DNA of 64,000 bases from Nannocystis bainbridge. GTDB lineage: Bacteria; Myxococcota_A; Polyangia; Nannocystales; Nannocystaceae. The stretch lies in the NCBI RefSeq assembly GCF_028368995.1, contig NZ_JAQNDL010000003.1, forward strand, positions 1,920,001 to 1,984,000. The letters run 5' to 3'. Under the pieces are notes generated by a model. The model made no database searches, had not been told where the DNA came from, and worked only from the letters and a program-made list of their open reading frames with translations. The position numbers were made by a program, and so were the translations under genes. Below are positions 53,669-62,521 of the stretch, piece by piece. The number at the start of each line of letters is the position of its first letter. Within the stretch, counting starts at the first letter, position 1.

Positions 53669-55699
53669 GTGACCACCCGCAACCAACCCCCCGCGCGCCG
53701 CCCCGTCGTCCGCCCGACGCTGCTCGACGCGTTGCGCGAGCTCGACCCACGAGAGGTCGTGCGCCGCCCGCTGCTGCTCGGCGTCGGCCTGGCGGCGGCG
53801 CTGACGACGATGCTGGCGCTGCTCCGCCCCGACGCGTTCACGGTGGCGACGGCCGCGTGGATCTGGGTGATGGGGGCGGTGATGGCGGTCGCCGGCGTGC
53901 TCGTACGAATGGCGGCGAACACCCTGGTGATTCGCCTGCAGCACGACGGCGACCTGATGGCGCGGCGGCTGCGAGAGCTGCGGCGCGACGCGCAGGCCGA
54001 GGTGATCCCGGCGTCGCGGCTGCGCCGCGGCGATCTGGTGCACGTGCCCGCGGGCGACAACATCCCCGCCGACGGCGTGGTGGTGGCCGGCAGCGCGGTC
54101 ATTCGCAGCACCCTGAGCGGGCGCTCGGTGCCGCTGGTGCGCGAGAGCGGGGCCGACCGGCGCGCGCTGGTGGCCGGCTCGGCGGTGCTGAGCGGGTGGC
54201 TGATCGTCGACGTGTGGAGCAACCCGGGCGAGGACTTTCGTCAGCGACTGCTGGCGCTGGCCGAGCGGGCCCGATTGGTCGCGCGTCAGGAGCCGCAGGG
54301 CCTGGCGGTGCTGCTGCTGGCGCTGACGGCCACGGGCCTGGCCGCCGGCGCGGCGCTGCAGCCGTGGGCGGCGCTGCTGCTCGCGGGCGACCCGGCGCCG
54401 CTGGTCAACCTCCTGGCGCTGCTGGCCTGCGCGGTGCCGGCGAGCTTCGCCGGGCTGCAGTCGGCGCTCGACGTGGCGGGCTTCCGCCGGCTGCTGCGCA
54501 GCAACGTGGTGACCGGCTCGGCCGCGGTGGTGCGCGCGCTGGGCCAGGTCGACGTGCTCCTGCTCGAGCGCGCGAGCGTGGCGGTCCGCGGCAATTGCGA
54601 GGCCGACGAGCTGATCCCGATGCCGGGGGTCGCGATCGAGGAGCTGGCCGGCGTGGCGTTCCTGGCCAGCCTGGCCGACGAGACGCCCGAGGGCCGCAGC
54701 ATCGTCGCGCTGGCCGAGCGCCGCTACGGGCTGGTGCCGTCGGGCCTGCAGCAGGCGCGCTTCCTGGCGGGCACGGGCCCGGGGCGGCTGACCGGCGTCG
54801 ACCTGCCGGGCCGTCACCTGCGCAAGGGCGACGCCGACGCGATCCGCCAGTTCGTGCGCGAGCACAGCAGCGTCGAGCCGCCGGACGAGTTCCGCGCCGC
54901 GGTGCAGGCGGTCGCCGGCGACGGCGGCGTGGCGATCGGCGTGGCCGACGGACCGCGCATGCTCGGGGTGGTGCGGCTGCGCAGCCGCATGCGCGAGGCG
55001 CTGGCGCGGCTGCGACGCGCCGGGGTGTTCACGGTGATGGCGACGGCCGACACGCCGGCGGCCGCGGCGACGCTGGCGGCCGAGGCGGGGGTCGACGATT
55101 TCCTGGCCGAGGCGACGCCGGAGGCCAAGCTGGCGCTGATCCGCCGCCACCAGGCCGCGGGCCGCAAGGTCGCGATGGTCGGCGACGGCAACCATGACGG
55201 CCCGGCGATGGCCCAGGCCGACGTGGCGGTGGCGACCAACGCCGGGCCGCTGGCGGCGCGCGAGGCCGGCGGCCTGGTCGACCTCGACGGCGACCCGACC
55301 AAGCTGATCGAGGCCGTCGAGCTCGGCCGCGACCAGCGCGCCATCGGCCGCATGCTCGCCGCCTGGTGCCTGGCCAGCGACCTCGCGCTGGCGCTGGTGC
55401 TGGTGCCGCTCGTGATCTCCGAGGCGATGGTCCGCGGCGCCGATCAAATATCTCTCGGGACATGTCCCGAAGGACTCTCGCGGCTCGACCCGCTGGCGCT
55501 GCACTCGCCGCGCAGCGCGGTGCTGGCCGGGCTCGTGGTCCACACCCTCACCCTGGCCGCCGTGGCGCCGCTGGCGCTGCGCTGGCGGGGCCCCGCGCGC
55601 AGTCGCCTGGGCGCCGCCATCATCGGCGTCGTGTTCACCCTGGCGGCCGTCAAGTCGCTCGATCTGTTGCTGTTCGCCGCCTTCGCGCCAGACCTATGA
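53669..55699 (+). CDS. kdpB: KdpB-like P-type ATPase homologue with degenerate catalytic motifs
   Basis: KdpB hallmarks SLADETPEGRSIV, GVDDFLAEATPEAKL, DPTKLIE; DKTGT replaced by ERASV and TGES by SGRS. Confidence 0.85.
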   Translation: MTTRNQPPARRPVVRPTLLDALRELDPREVVRRPLLLGVGLAAALTTMLALLRPDAFTVATAAWIWVMGAVMAVAGVLVRMAANTLVIRLQHDGDLMARRLRELRRDAQAEVIPASRLRRGDLVHVPAGDNIPADGVVVAGSAVIRSTLSGRSVPLVRESGADRRALVAGSAVLSGWLIVDVWSNPGEDFRQRLLALAERARLVARQEPQGLAVLLLALTATGLAAGAALQPWAALLLAGDPAPLVNLLALLACAVPASFAGLQSALDVAGFRRLLRSNVVTGSAAVVRALGQVDVLLLERASVAVRGNCEADELIPMPGVAIEELAGVAFLASLADETPEGRSIVALAERRYGLVPSGLQQARFLAGTGPGRLTGVDLPGRHLRKGDADAIRQFVREHSSVEPPDEFRAAVQAVAGDGGVAIGVADGPRMLGVVRLRSRMREALARLRRAGVFTVMATADTPAAAATLAAEAGVDDFLAEATPEAKLALIRRHQAAGRKVAMVGDGNHDGPAMAQADVAVATNAGPLAAREAGGLVDLDGDPTKLIEAVELGRDQRAIGRMLAAWCLASDLALALVLVPLVISEAMVRGADQISLGTCPEGLSRLDPLALHSPRSAVLAGLVVHTLTLAAVAPLALRWRGPARSRLGAAIIGVVFTLAAVKSLDLLLFAAFAPDL

Positions 55700-58440
55700 G
55701 CCTGATCCACCCTATCGAGGAGAGGAGCGTCGCCGACCCGCGGCGCGGGCGGATGACGCTGTATTTCGGGGCGGCGCCCGGGGTCGGCAAGACCTACGCC
55801 ATGCTCGAGGCGGCCCAGCGGCTGCGTCGGCAGGGCGTCGACGTGATCGTCGGCGCGGTCGACACCCACGGGCGGCCCGAGGTCGCCGACCTGCTGGTCG
55901 GGCTCGAGCGCCTGCCGTCGCGCACCGTCGAGACCCGCGGCAAGGTCATCGAGGAGTTCCACCTCGACGCCGCGCTGGTGCGCCGGCCGAGCCTCGTCGT
56001 CGTCGACGACCTCGGGCACGTCAACGCCGCCGGCTCGCGCCACAACCAGCGCTGGCACGACGTCATCGACCTGCTGGCCGCCGGCGTCGACGTGATGTCG
56101 ACCCTGTGCGTGCAGCAGCTCGAGAGCCAGCACGACGTGGTCCAGCAGATCACCTCGATGCGGGTCCGCGACCCGGTGCCCGACGCGATGTTCGAGCGCG
56201 CCGACCACGTCGAGTTCATCGACCCGCCGGCCAAGGAGGTGCTGACGCGCCTGCAGGACGGCAAGGTCAACATCCCCGAGCAGGACGCCCGCGCGGCCGC
56301 GGCGATGTACCGCAAGAACAGCCTGCTGGCGCTGCGCGAGCTGGCGCTGCGGCGCATGTCGCAACGGACAGGTCGAGAGAACCTGATCTACCGCAGCGCG
56401 CCGCGGCTCGGCGCGGGGCCGACTTCCGAGCGCATCCTCGTGTGCGTCGACCCGAGCTCCCTGGGGCCGCGGCTGATCCGCGCCGCCTTCCGCATGGCCA
56501 CCGGGCTGCGCGCCGAGTGGTTGGCGCTGTACGTCGAGACCCCGCGGCTGGCGCTGGCCGGCGAGTCGGCGCGGGCCCAGGTCGGCGAGACCTTGCGCCT
56601 CGCCGAGCAGCTCGGGGCCGAGGTCGTCCACATCAGCGGCGCCCGCATCGACCGCGAGATCCTCGGCTTCGCCCGGGCCCGCGGCGCCACCCGCCTCATC
56701 ATCGGCAAGCCGCTGCAGCACCGCTGGCGCGACATCCTGCGCGGCTCGCTGGTCGACGCGCTGGTGCGCGGCTCGGGCGACCTCGACGTCCACGTGATCG
56801 CCGGCGACATCGCCCCGCACGAGGTGACGCCGGTGCCCGCCCTGCGCTCGCCGATCCGCATCGCCGCCTACTTCTGGGCCGCGCTGACGGTGGCCACCAT
56901 CGCCGCGACGCGGCTGCTGCACCTGCCGCTGTTCTACGTGATCGTGCTGCTGCTGGTCGGCATCGCCCTGGTCGGCTCGCGGCTCGGTCGCGGCCCGGCG
57001 CTCGGGGCGGCGCTGCTCAGCATCCTTGCGGTCGAGACTTCGCTGCGGCTCGACCTCGACCTGGACCCCATCGACGACCTGCAGCGGGCGGCGATCTACC
57101 TCGGCATGCTGGTGCTGGCGCTGTGGGTCTCGGGCCTGACCGAGCTCAGCCGCCGCCAGGCCGAGGCGGCCCGCGTCGACGAGCGGCGGCTGACGGCGCT
57201 GTACCTGCTGAGCCGCGAGCTGTCGCAGCTGCGCAGCGAGGTCGACATCGCCGAGTGCGCGATCCGCCACGTCAAAAAGACCATGTCCGCGCGGACCGTC
57301 ATCCTCCTGCACGGGCACGACGGCGAGCTCGCGCCGGTGGCGGGGACTGACGTCGAGCTGACGACCGACGCGCGCGAGGAGGGCGTGGCCCGCTGGGCCT
57401 TCGAGCACGGGCCGGCCGGGCGCGGGACCGAGACGCTGAAGGCCGCGCAGGCGCTGTACCTGCCGCTGACCGCCGCCGGGCGCACGATCGGCGTGCTCGG
57501 GGTCGCCCCCGACGACCCCGACAAGCTGGCCAGCCCGGCCGAGCGCCAGCTTCTCGACGCCATGACCGGGCCGGTCGCCCTCGCGCTGCAGCGGGTCCGC
57601 CTGGCCGAGGAGGCCCAGGTCGCCGAGGTCCGCGCGCGCGAGGAGGAGCTGCGCGGCTCGCTGCTTTCGTCGGTCAGCCACGACCTGCGCACGCCGCTGG
57701 CGTCGATCACCGGGGCCGCCAGCGCGATGCTCGACAGCGGCGACGCGATCGCCTTCGAGACTCGCCGCGACCTGCTGCAGACCATCTATGAGGAGGCCGA
57801 GCGGCTCGGGCGGCTGGTCGGCAACCTGCTCGACATGACCCGGCTCGAGGCCGGCTCGGTCGCGCTGCGGACCGACTGGGTCGCGCTCGAGGACCCGATC
57901 GGCTCGGCCCTGGCCCGGCTCGACCGCCGCCTGGCCGGGCGCGAGGTCCAGGTCACGCTGCAGCCCGATCTGCCGCTGCTGGCGCTCGACGAGGTGCTGT
58001 TCGAGCAGCTGATCCTGAACCTGCTGGAGAACGCCTGCAAGCACACCCCGGCGGGCAGCCCGATGCGGTTGGTGGCGCGGGTGCAGGCCGGGCGGGTGAT
58101 GGTCGAGGTGGCGGACCGCGGCCCGGGGCTGCCGGCCGGCGAGGAGGAGACGATCTTCGAGAAGTTCGTGCGCGGCAGCAAGGCCAAGACCCAGGGGTTC
58201 GGGCTCGGGCTGGCGATCTGCCGGGCGATCGCCGCGGCCCACGGCGGTGAAATCACGGCGGAGAACCGGGCGGGCGGCGGGGCCGTGTTCCGGATCAGCC
58301 TGCCGATCGGCGCCGGCCCGCCGGAACCCGCCCCCGACACCTCGCTCGCGTCGATGAGCGGCCCCTCGGGCATGCTACACAACACGGCGAAGATCCTGCT
58401 GCAGCAGGCGTCGGGCCTGGAGGCGGAGACGACGACATGA
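55696..58440 (+). CDS. kdpD: Sensor histidine kinase KdpD
   Basis: GAAPGVGKTYAML, Usp domain, TM bundle, GAF, SVSHDLRTPL. Confidence 0.96.
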   Translation: MSLIHPIEERSVADPRRGRMTLYFGAAPGVGKTYAMLEAAQRLRRQGVDVIVGAVDTHGRPEVADLLVGLERLPSRTVETRGKVIEEFHLDAALVRRPSLVVVDDLGHVNAAGSRHNQRWHDVIDLLAAGVDVMSTLCVQQLESQHDVVQQITSMRVRDPVPDAMFERADHVEFIDPPAKEVLTRLQDGKVNIPEQDARAAAAMYRKNSLLALRELALRRMSQRTGRENLIYRSAPRLGAGPTSERILVCVDPSSLGPRLIRAAFRMATGLRAEWLALYVETPRLALAGESARAQVGETLRLAEQLGAEVVHISGARIDREILGFARARGATRLIIGKPLQHRWRDILRGSLVDALVRGSGDLDVHVIAGDIAPHEVTPVPALRSPIRIAAYFWAALTVATIAATRLLHLPLFYVIVLLLVGIALVGSRLGRGPALGAALLSILAVETSLRLDLDLDPIDDLQRAAIYLGMLVLALWVSGLTELSRRQAEAARVDERRLTALYLLSRELSQLRSEVDIAECAIRHVKKTMSARTVILLHGHDGELAPVAGTDVELTTDAREEGVARWAFEHGPAGRGTETLKAAQALYLPLTAAGRTIGVLGVAPDDPDKLASPAERQLLDAMTGPVALALQRVRLAEEAQVAEVRAREEELRGSLLSSVSHDLRTPLASITGAASAMLDSGDAIAFETRRDLLQTIYEEAERLGRLVGNLLDMTRLEAGSVALRTDWVALEDPIGSALARLDRRLAGREVQVTLQPDLPLLALDEVLFEQLILNLLENACKHTPAGSPMRLVARVQAGRVMVEVADRGPGLPAGEEETIFEKFVRGSKAKTQGFGLGLAICRAIAAAHGGEITAENRAGGGAVFRISLPIGAGPPEPAPDTSLASMSGPSGMLHNTAKILLQQASGLEAETTT

Positions 58441-59156
58441 GCGAACAGGGGCCATTGGTACTCATCGTCGAGGACGAAGCACCGTTGCGGCGGTTCCTGC
58501 GGGCGGCGCTGGTCGCCCAGAACTACCGCCTGGTCGAGGCCGAGACGGCCGCCGAGGGGCTGCAGCGGGCCACCGAGCACAACCCGGACATCGTCCTGCT
58601 CGACCTCGGCTTGCCCGACGGCGACGGGCTCGACGTCACCTCGCGGCTGCGCGAGTGGACCCGTGTGCCGATCATCGTCCTGTCGGCCCGCGGCCAGGAG
58701 CGCGACAAGGTGCAGGCGCTCGACGCCGGGGCCGACGACTACCTGACCAAGCCGTTCGGCACCAGCGAGCTGCTGGCGCGGATCCGGGTGGCGCTGCGGC
58801 GGGTCGCCGAGCGCACGCCGACCGAGGAGCCGATCGTGTCGCTCGGCGAGGTCACCGTCGACCTGGCGCGCCGGCTGGTCACGCGCGCCGGCAAGCCGGT
58901 CCACCTCACGCCGCACGAGTACAAGCTGCTCACCACCCTGCTCAAGTACGCCGGCAAGGTCGTGACCCACAAGCAGCTGCTCAAAGAAGTCTGGGGCCCG
59001 CAGGCGGTCAGCCAGACGCACTACCTCCGGGTCTACATGGCCCAGCTGCGGCAGAAGCTCGAGGGCGACCCGGCCCGGCCGCGCTACCTGACCACCGAGC
59101 CGGGCGTCGGCTACCGCCTGCGCTCCGAGGACGACATCGCCGGGGGCGCCGCGTGA
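58437..59156 (+). CDS. kdpE: Response regulator KdpE
   Basis: LIVEDE, LLDLGLPDGDG, YLRVYMAQLRQKLE...TEPGVGYR. Confidence 0.96.
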   Translation: MSEQGPLVLIVEDEAPLRRFLRAALVAQNYRLVEAETAAEGLQRATEHNPDIVLLDLGLPDGDGLDVTSRLREWTRVPIIVLSARGQERDKVQALDAGADDYLTKPFGTSELLARIRVALRRVAERTPTEEPIVSLGEVTVDLARRLVTRAGKPVHLTPHEYKLLTTLLKYAGKVVTHKQLLKEVWGPQAVSQTHYLRVYMAQLRQKLEGDPARPRYLTTEPGVGYRLRSEDDIAGGAA

Positions 59157-60028
59157 ACCGCCGGCGCGACCGCCCAGTCGCGCTGCTGGACACCTCGCAG
59201 GCGCTGCCGGCCGTGGCCGACGAGCTGCCGACGCCGCGCCTGCGCCGACTGATGCTGCGAGCCCTGGGGGTGCCGCTGGCGGCGATGTTGCTGCTGTGCG
59301 GGCTGCTCGGCGCCGCGCTGGCGGTCGCCGCCGGGGACGAGGCCGAGGCCGCCCGCGCGCGCACCGTCGTCGCCGAGGCCCACCACGTCCAGCGGCTGGT
59401 GCTCGACCAGGAGGCCGCGCTGCGCGGCTTCGCGATCGGGGGCGAGGATAAATTCTTGCCGCCGCTGCACAGCGGCCGCGCGATGGTCCCACCGGCGCTG
59501 CGCCGCCTGGCCGAGCTGACGGCCGGCGACCGCGCGCAGGAGGCCCGCACCGCCGCGCTGGCGGCCGCCTACGGGCGCTGGGTCGCGGCCACCGGCATGA
59601 CGCCGACAGGCCCGCGCGCCGGCGCACCGGTGCTCCCGGGCGAGCCGTCGCGGCTGGCCGCGCGCGCGGCCCAGCTCGAGGCGGTCCGCCAGCTCGTGCG
59701 CCAATTGGTCGACGCCGAGCACGGGCGCACCGGCGCCGACCAGGCGAGCAGTTGGTCGCTGGCCGCGATCGCGGCCGGGCTGGCGGTCGCCCTGGCGCTC
59801 GTCGGCCTCACGACCTCGGCGCTGCGCCGATCGATCCGCCGCATGGAGGGCGTCTACGCCAGGGCCCTGGTGATGCGCCGCCACAGCGAGGCCAGCGAGC
59901 GCGCCGCCCGACGCTCGGCCGAAGCCCTGGCCGCCGAGGTCGCCGCCCACAGCCGCGAGCTGCAGGCCCGCTTCCGGGCCGCGCGCGACGAGCTCGAGCT
60001 GGCGCGGGCGCCCGCGCGAGCGAGCTGA
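59153..60028 (+). CDS. CHASE3-domain membrane protein with no output domain
   Basis: TM, then LVLDQEAALRGFAIGGEDKFLPP, then TM and a short coiled coil; GTGA overlap with kdpE. Confidence 0.75.
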   Translation: MNRRRDRPVALLDTSQALPAVADELPTPRLRRLMLRALGVPLAAMLLLCGLLGAALAVAAGDEAEAARARTVVAEAHHVQRLVLDQEAALRGFAIGGEDKFLPPLHSGRAMVPPALRRLAELTAGDRAQEARTAALAAAYGRWVAATGMTPTGPRAGAPVLPGEPSRLAARAAQLEAVRQLVRQLVDAEHGRTGADQASSWSLAAIAAGLAVALALVGLTTSALRRSIRRMEGVYARALVMRRHSEASERAARRSAEALAAEVAAHSRELQARFRAARDELELARAPARAS

Positions 60029-60295
60029 CGCCCGCGCCGAGCTGGCGCGAGCGCCCGCGCGAGCGAGCTGACGGCGCTCCGAGCTGGCGCGAGCGAGCTG
60101 ACGGCGCCCCGAGCCGGCGCGAGCGAGATGATGGCGCTCCGAGCTGGCGCGCCCGCCCGCGCGAACGAGCTGACGGCGCTCCGAGCTGGCGCGCCCGCCC
60201 GCGCCAACGAGCTGACGGCGCTCCGAACCGGCGCGAGCGAGCTGACAGCGCTCCGAGCTGGCGCGGGCGTACGCGCAGCGAGCTGACGCCGACCG
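59996..60295. repeat. Tandem array of about 8 units of 30-43 bp derived from the CHASE3 gene's last codons and stop
   Basis: GAGCTGGCGCG...GAGCGAGCTGACGGCGCTCC reiterated. Confidence 0.9.
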
Positions 60296-60380
60296 TTCCC
60301 GCGCCCGCCGGTGCTCGCATTCGCGGCGCCGTCGTCGTCGCGCGCGTCGTGCCCCGCCCGGGCGACCGGCTATCGTGGGC

Positions 60381-61853
60381 ATGGTGACGAACATCCCCTG
60401 GATCATGATCGCGGGCACCGGCACCGACCCGCTGCCCGCCGAGCTCGAGACCGTGGCCCACCAGCTCGGCGTGGCCCTGGCGCGGGCCGACTGCGGCGTC
60501 ATCTCCTGCGGCTGGGCCGGCGTCGACCGTGCGCTCGGGGCCGCGTTCGTCGCCGAGCTGCGCGCCACCCGGCGAGACCCGCGAGACCGCTTCAAGCAGG
60601 TGCTGCAGCGCGGGCGCACCCCGTCGGTCGAGGACGGCGAGTCGATCGACGTCGAGCAGGACGCCGAGGAGTACCTCGTCGCCGTCGACCGGGCCGACGT
60701 CGTGATCCTGCTGGCCGGGCGCGGCGGCACGTACCTCGTGTACAAGCACGCGCGGCGGGCCAACAAGCTCGTGCTGCCGCTGCCGGCCACCGAGGGCGAC
60801 GCGCGGCGGGCCTTCGGCGACATCCGCGACAAGTTCGATCGCGCCGCCAACCTCGGCGTCACCGCGAGCGAGTTCGCCGCCCTCGATCGACCGGCAGGCG
60901 AGGCCGCGGAGGCGGTCCTGCGGCTGATCCGCCAGCACCTCGAGGCGAGGGAGATCCGCGACGGCGACTACCTCAAGGCGGACAGCGTCGTCGGCCGCGA
61001 CAACGAGGCCGCGTTCACGCGATTGGTCCGGGAGATCCAGCGGACCGACATGCTCGGGTTCATCGGCGCCGGTGCGTCGATCCCCGGCGGCTACCCCGAC
61101 TGGGGCACGCTGATCGATCGCATGCGCCACGCGCTGCCGTCCGAGATCGCCCGCACGATGGCGTGGGTGGCCCGCGAGGACGACATGCTCATGCGCGCCG
61201 AGCACTACCGCTCTCTGCTCGGCGAGGACTACGGCCGCTTCATCCGCGAGCAGTTCGACGACGACGCCGGCAGGTGCGGCCCGCTGCACCTCGACCTGGT
61301 CCGCCTGCCGGTCGCGCACGTGCTCACGACCAACTACGACACGCTGCTCGAGCGGGCCCACGCGCAGGCGCACCCGGGCGAGCTGCCGCTGCCGACCGAC
61401 TGGAAGAACGCGTCGGACGTCGAGTCCTTCCTCCGCGCGGCCCGCCGCCGCGGCGAGCGCCGCCGCTACGTGCACGTGCACGGGCTCTACAACGACCCGG
61501 CCCACGTCGTCCTGACCGAGAGCGACTACCAGGAGCGCTACTGCCGGGAGACCGCGAGCGAGGCGCTGCTGTCGGCGCTGTTCACCGCCCACGCGTTCCT
61601 GTTCGTCGGCTTCTCGTTCAGCGACCTCGACGTGATGGGGGTGTTCCGCAACACGATGGCGCGGGTCCGCGTCAGCGAGCCGCTGCACTACGCGTTCATG
61701 GCCCTCGACCCCCGCACGCACGACCCGACGCTGGTCCGCCGCCGCCTGCGGCAGAAGTTCAAGATCGACCCGATCTTTTATATGTACACGCCGGACCACG
61801 CGGGCCTGCGCCAGCTCGTCACGCGCCTGCTGGCGACGACGACACCAGCGTGA
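60381..61853 (+). CDS. SLOG-SIR2 fusion protein (putative NADase defence effector)
   Basis: N-terminal SLOG (IAGTG, LGVALARADCGVISCGWAGVD, VILLAGRGGT, LPLPATEGDA); C-terminal SIR2 (FIGAGAS...PDW, TTNYD, HVHG, LFVGFSFSD). Confidence 0.88.
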   Translation: MVTNIPWIMIAGTGTDPLPAELETVAHQLGVALARADCGVISCGWAGVDRALGAAFVAELRATRRDPRDRFKQVLQRGRTPSVEDGESIDVEQDAEEYLVAVDRADVVILLAGRGGTYLVYKHARRANKLVLPLPATEGDARRAFGDIRDKFDRAANLGVTASEFAALDRPAGEAAEAVLRLIRQHLEAREIRDGDYLKADSVVGRDNEAAFTRLVREIQRTDMLGFIGAGASIPGGYPDWGTLIDRMRHALPSEIARTMAWVAREDDMLMRAEHYRSLLGEDYGRFIREQFDDDAGRCGPLHLDLVRLPVAHVLTTNYDTLLERAHAQAHPGELPLPTDWKNASDVESFLRAARRRGERRRYVHVHGLYNDPAHVVLTESDYQERYCRETASEALLSALFTAHAFLFVGFSFSDLDVMGVFRNTMARVRVSEPLHYAFMALDPRTHDPTLVRRRLRQKFKIDPIFYMYTPDHAGLRQLVTRLLATTTPA

Positions 61854-61860
61854 GTGCGAG

Positions 61861-61940
61861 CGCATGCCCCCGAGGGCATGCTTTTAATGGACATGCGCTG
61901 AAGGACATGCCCGTCCAGACATGTCCATTACGCCATGCTA
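61861..61940. repeat. 14-bp-phased CATG array
   Basis: CATG at 61863, 61877, 61892, 61906, 61920, 61934. Confidence 0.9.
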
Positions 61941-61946
61941 TGCACG

Positions 61947-62324
61947 TTACTCGCTCTCGGCGACCCCGGCGAACGCCCGCCGGTACAGCCAGGCCTTGAC
62001 GTCCTCCTGGCTCATGCACCACAGCAGATAGGCGCCGAACACCAGCGGCGTGATCAGCTGCAGCTGCACCACCAGCGGCAGGTGAGTGATGAGCGCGCCG
62101 ACCGTGAACACCGCGAGCATGCCCACCAAAATGTTGAGCACGCCGACCACCACCGCCAGCGACCGCGCGCCCTCGCTGCCGCGCACGAGGCCGACCACCA
62201 AGAACAGCTTGAGCGCGAGGTTGACGTAATTCGGGATGGTGTAGTTGCCCCCCGTGATGTGCATGACCTGCATCACCGTGGCGAGGGCGAGGAGTACGAG
62301 CGCGACGATCAACTTGACGGGCAT
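61947..62324 (-). CDS. Small membrane protein
   Basis: Four hydrophobic helices; C-terminal DVKAWL. Confidence 0.7.
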   Translation of the reverse strand: MPVKLIVALVLLALATVMQVMHITGGNYTIPNYVNLALKLFLVVGLVRGSEGARSLAVVVGVLNILVGMLAVFTVGALITHLPLVVQLQLITPLVFGAYLLWCMSQEDVKAWLYRRAFAGVAESE

Positions 62325-62521
62325 GGGGGTGCGAGGACGAGACCGCACCCCGCCGGCACGGTCAAGCGGATTCTCCTCGCTAGCACGCGGGTCGAACGGC
62401 GAACGAGCGCGATGAAACCTGTCCTGACGCGGCTGTGCTCCAGCAGGCGCTCCCGCCGAAGGGCTCGCCCCGCACCCGCCTCGCCGAGTTTCTTGCTAAG
62501 AACGCGATCGAGGATATCGCC

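Noticed and set aside
59996-60295. Possible CRISPR array
   Set aside because: Units are degenerate tandem copies with no unique spacers, derive from the adjacent gene end, and no cas genes are present.
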